Shown here piece by piece: positions 6,218-8,280 of a DNA stretch of 8,280 bases; the first letter of the stretch is position 1; the number at the start of each line of letters is the position of its first letter. This DNA is from a virus (taxonomy: Duplodnaviria; Heunggongvirae; Uroviricota; Caudoviricetes): IMG/VR virus record IMGVR_UViG_2690316227_000016, one strand, 5' to 3'. Position numbers and translations under genes: made by a program. Below the pieces are notes generated by a model that was not told the DNA's origin, did not search any database, and was given only the letters and a program-made list of their open reading frames with translations.

Positions 6218-6412
6218 GTGGAAGAGATAAAGCAAAGCGCTACCGTGATGATTGATCATGAAATCCTTAACGAGCTTAAAAAGTTGCAGTTCGATATTGT
6301 TCGCCGGATGAATGAATCGGGCATCTACGGCAGAGCCGCCACGCCAACAATAGGTCATCTTGCACGTGTGCTGTTACGCGAAAGACTGGGCATTGCAACA
6401 GGTGAGGCATAA
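6218..6412 (+). CDS. Hypothetical small protein (64 aa, GTG start)
   Basis: Strong AGGAGG at 6205-6210, 7 nt before GTG 6218. Could be a small DNA-binding protein, but this is unverified. Confidence 0.45.
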   Translation: MEEIKQSATVMIDHEILNELKKLQFDIVRRMNESGIYGRAATPTIGHLARVLLRERLGIATGEA

Positions 6413-6415
6413 CAA

Positions 6416-6577
6416 ATGGCTATCACAGAACGCGAGGCAAGCATCATTAAGGCCATTGGCGAGGAAACAAGAGACACAATAGCGCCATTGATGGAAAAGA
6501 TCGCAGAGCTTGAGACACGAATAAACAAGCTGAGTAATGAAGTTGAAGGCCTGATCTCGTTACTCGGTGAGCAATGA
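6416..6577 (+). CDS. Hypothetical small helical protein (53 aa; not in the ORF track)
   Basis: Translated by hand from ATG 6416 to TGA 6575-6577 as MAITEREASIIKAIGEETRDTIAPLMEKIAELETRINKLSNEVEGLISLLGEQ. It starts 4 nt after the previous stop and has coiled-coil-like composition. Confidence 0.3.
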   Translation: MAITEREASIIKAIGEETRDTIAPLMEKIAELETRINKLSNEVEGLISLLGEQ

Positions 6578-6580
6578 CAT

Positions 6581-6630
6581 GGGGGGGTATCATCCGGCGA
6601 AAAAAACGATCGCCACGGACACCGCCCCCC
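6581..6630. repeat. Imperfect inverted repeat capped by G7 and C6 runs
   Basis: GGGGGGG (6581-6587) and CCCCCC (6625-6630) with partly complementary arms (CCGGCG and CGCC) around an A7 centre. No T-run follows. Confidence 0.25.
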
Positions 6631-6660
6631 GTCTCATTCGTAGAAAATTTTGCTTTTCAA

Positions 6661-6684
6661 AAAAGTTACACGAAAAGTTACACC
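6661..6684 (+). repeat. Tandem 12-bp repeats AAAAGTTACACG / AAAAGTTACACC in the terS leader
   Basis: Two adjacent 12-mers read directly. The exact 12-mer AAAAGTTACACC recurs at 6927-6938 inside terS. Confidence 0.55.
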
Positions 6685-6705
6685 CCCTCAAAACGAGGTT
6701 TTTGC

Positions 6706-7194
6706 ATGGCATTAACGACCAAAAAAAAGCGGTTTGCTGATGCGTTATCAAGGGGCGCAAATCCCACGGAAGCCGCTATACATGCGGGATACAGCGAAAA
6801 GACCGCAAGGGTTAAAGGCTGGCAGCTATCCAACGATCCTGAGGTGAAAAAGTATCTTAAGGCTGTAACTTCTGATGTAACTTTTCAGGTTACAAAACCG
6901 AAAAAAGTTACAAAGAAAGTTACCGAAAAAGTTACACCGGAACGGGCATCAATTAACACCATTGAGATGATGGATAACGGCCTACCCGACCCCATCAAAG
7001 CAATGGGCAGGATACTGATTGACAACATGGACACAGATCCAAAACTGGCTTTAGATGCCGCGTTTAAGCTGGCCCAGTTCACCCACCGCAAGATCGGCAG
7101 CATTGGGAAAAAAGAGGTTAAAAAACTCAATGCCGCTAGTGTCTACTCAAATCGGTTCCCCATCCCTAAGCTACCAACAGACTTAAAACACTGA
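6706..7194 (+). CDS. terS: Terminase small subunit (Terminase_2 / SaPI-TerS-like family)
   Basis: The N-terminus KKKRFADALSRGANPTEAAIHAGYSEKTA matches the conserved HTH of Terminase_2 small terminases (KRFA...AAI.AGYS.KTA). GAGG lies 8 nt upstream of ATG 6706. The track ORF from 6574 is an untranslated in-frame extension. Confidence 0.7.
   Translation: MALTTKKKRFADALSRGANPTEAAIHAGYSEKTARVKGWQLSNDPEVKKYLKAVTSDVTFQVTKPKKVTKKVTEKVTPERASINTIEMMDNGLPDPIKAMGRILIDNMDTDPKLALDAAFKLAQFTHRKIGSIGKKEVKKLNAASVYSNRFPIPKLPTDLKH
6864..6938. repeat. Phased GT(A/T)AC array inside terS (12-bp period, both orientations)
   Basis: GTAAC at 6865 and 6877, GTTAC at 6889, 6907, 6919 and 6931, with spacings of 12, 12, 18, 12 and 12 bp. 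Encodes the VT-x-x repeat in KPKKVTKKVTEKVTPE. Confidence 0.5.
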
Positions 7195-7205
7195 GGTAGC
7201 GAACT

Positions 7206-7367
7206 ATGAGCGAATACATCACAGACCCTATTGATGTACTCACGGAAATCATGAACGACAAGCAGCAGTCGACCGAAATACGGTTACAGGCCGCCGCTGT
7301 TCTGATGCCATATTTTCACGAAACACTAAACCCGTGCTTCCAGGAGGAGGAAGAAGATGATTTCTAA
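7206..7367 (+). CDS. Hypothetical small protein with acidic tail (53 aa; not in the ORF track)
   Basis: Translated by hand as MSEYITDPIDVLTEIMNDKQQSTEIRLQAAAVLMPYFHETLNPCFQEEEEDDF. GAGG lies 9 nt upstream, and the ORF overlaps the next gene's start by 11 nt. Confidence 0.3.
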   Translation: MSEYITDPIDVLTEIMNDKQQSTEIRLQAAAVLMPYFHETLNPCFQEEEEDDF

Positions 7368-8280
7368 AAACATGAAAGGCGTGTCGGCAGTTCGCGCCGC
7401 CAGCGTGCTTACATCGTGTAAATTCAGCCATGCAGACGCTATAGAGATGACGAAAAGAAATGATCCGGCAGTATCGAAATTTCTTGAAAAATCCATTGTT
7501 GCCGGAATGACTACGGATAATATGCCGTCGCTGGTGGCAGAGCCGATAGTAAGAGAGCTTGGTGAGTATATTTTTTCGCAGTCTGTACCAGGCAAGCTAA
7601 TCAGCAGCGGGCTGAATCTTCCGTTTGGCGCAAAATTGCAGTCAATATCAGGCAAGGGTAGTAAATGGCTTAAAGAAGCCGAAGAAATCCCTGTCAAAGA
7701 GGGAGAAGTAAACGAAAGCGCGCTAAAACTGTGCAAACTTGGCGCTATTGTGATGCTGAATAACGAGCTAATCAAATTTAGCACCCCTGGCACCAATTCA
7801 GCGATCAGAGACTTGATCACATCGGAATCGGTGAAAGAAATAGATAAAAAATTTCTTTCCAGTGACAAGGAGGTGGCTGGCGTATCCCCTGAGGGCGTGC
7901 TTAATGGTGCTGATGAGGCCGAAAACTTCATAGAGCTTTTCAAAAAGCACATAGCGAACGGTAACACGCTTTCCACGTCGTCGCTAATCTTGCCCGTAGA
8001 AAACGCCTTACAGCTTACTGATGCTGAGTTCTGGCAGATAGAGCTTTTGAGAATACCGGTAATTGTGAGCGAACAGGCGGATCGCATGATGCTGATAGAC
8101 GCTCAAAAGCTGATTATTAACGTTGAAGCCACGGTTATAACCCCAACTGATGAGGCGGTAATAAAAACCGAATCAGGGGCGGTTAGCCTTTTCCAGAATG
8201 ACGCTACAGCGTTCAGGGCAATCACCTATTGCGGATGGCAAAAACTCGATAAGGCCGTCACCGTTCTGGCGAAAAGCTGA
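7357..8280 (+). CDS. Probable HK97-fold major capsid protein
   Basis: 307 aa with GGAGGAGG 6 nt upstream of ATG 7357. The C-terminal region LLRIPVIVSEQ...LIDAQ...FQNDATAFRAITYCGWQKLDKAVTVL follows the usual HK97-type capsid C-terminal pattern. The stop falls at the window end. Confidence 0.55.
   Translation: MISKNMKGVSAVRAASVLTSCKFSHADAIEMTKRNDPAVSKFLEKSIVAGMTTDNMPSLVAEPIVRELGEYIFSQSVPGKLISSGLNLPFGAKLQSISGKGSKWLKEAEEIPVKEGEVNESALKLCKLGAIVMLNNELIKFSTPGTNSAIRDLITSESVKEIDKKFLSSDKEVAGVSPEGVLNGADEAENFIELFKKHIANGNTLSTSSLILPVENALQLTDAEFWQIELLRIPVIVSEQADRMMLIDAQKLIINVEATVITPTDEAVIKTESGAVSLFQNDATAFRAITYCGWQKLDKAVTVLAKS

Noticed and set aside
6574-6705. N-terminal extension of the TerS ORF
   Set aside because: It covers the G7/C6 inverted repeat and the tandem 12-mers. 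The conserved TerS N-terminus begins at ATG 6706, which has its own ribosome-binding site.
7326-8087. 253-aa minus-strand ORF antisense to the capsid gene
   Set aside because: Very Ser-rich, low-complexity translation. The plus-strand frame has the capsid-like C-terminal pattern and a strong ribosome-binding site.

Overview
The window looks like the integrase-proximal part of an integrated enterobacterial-type phage satellite (PICI-like island), all read by eye without database searches. From the left edge: a P4-family tyrosine integrase, an AlpA-family regulator, an immunity-like region (Arc-like RHH gene on the minus strand facing two tandem Icd-like small genes), a RecA-like replication ATPase followed by an iteron array and an SSB gene, then a Terminase_2-type small terminase and an HK97-fold-like capsid gene. 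Carrying its own terS and capsid gene suggests a capsid-forming satellite rather than a classical P4. The parts I consider most worth follow-up are the Icd-like region with its structured non-coding spacer, the GTTAC repeat array in and upstream of terS, and the unknown small genes coupled to the replication gene. No tRNA, rRNA, CRISPR array or transposase was seen; the att site is presumably outside the window, left of int.
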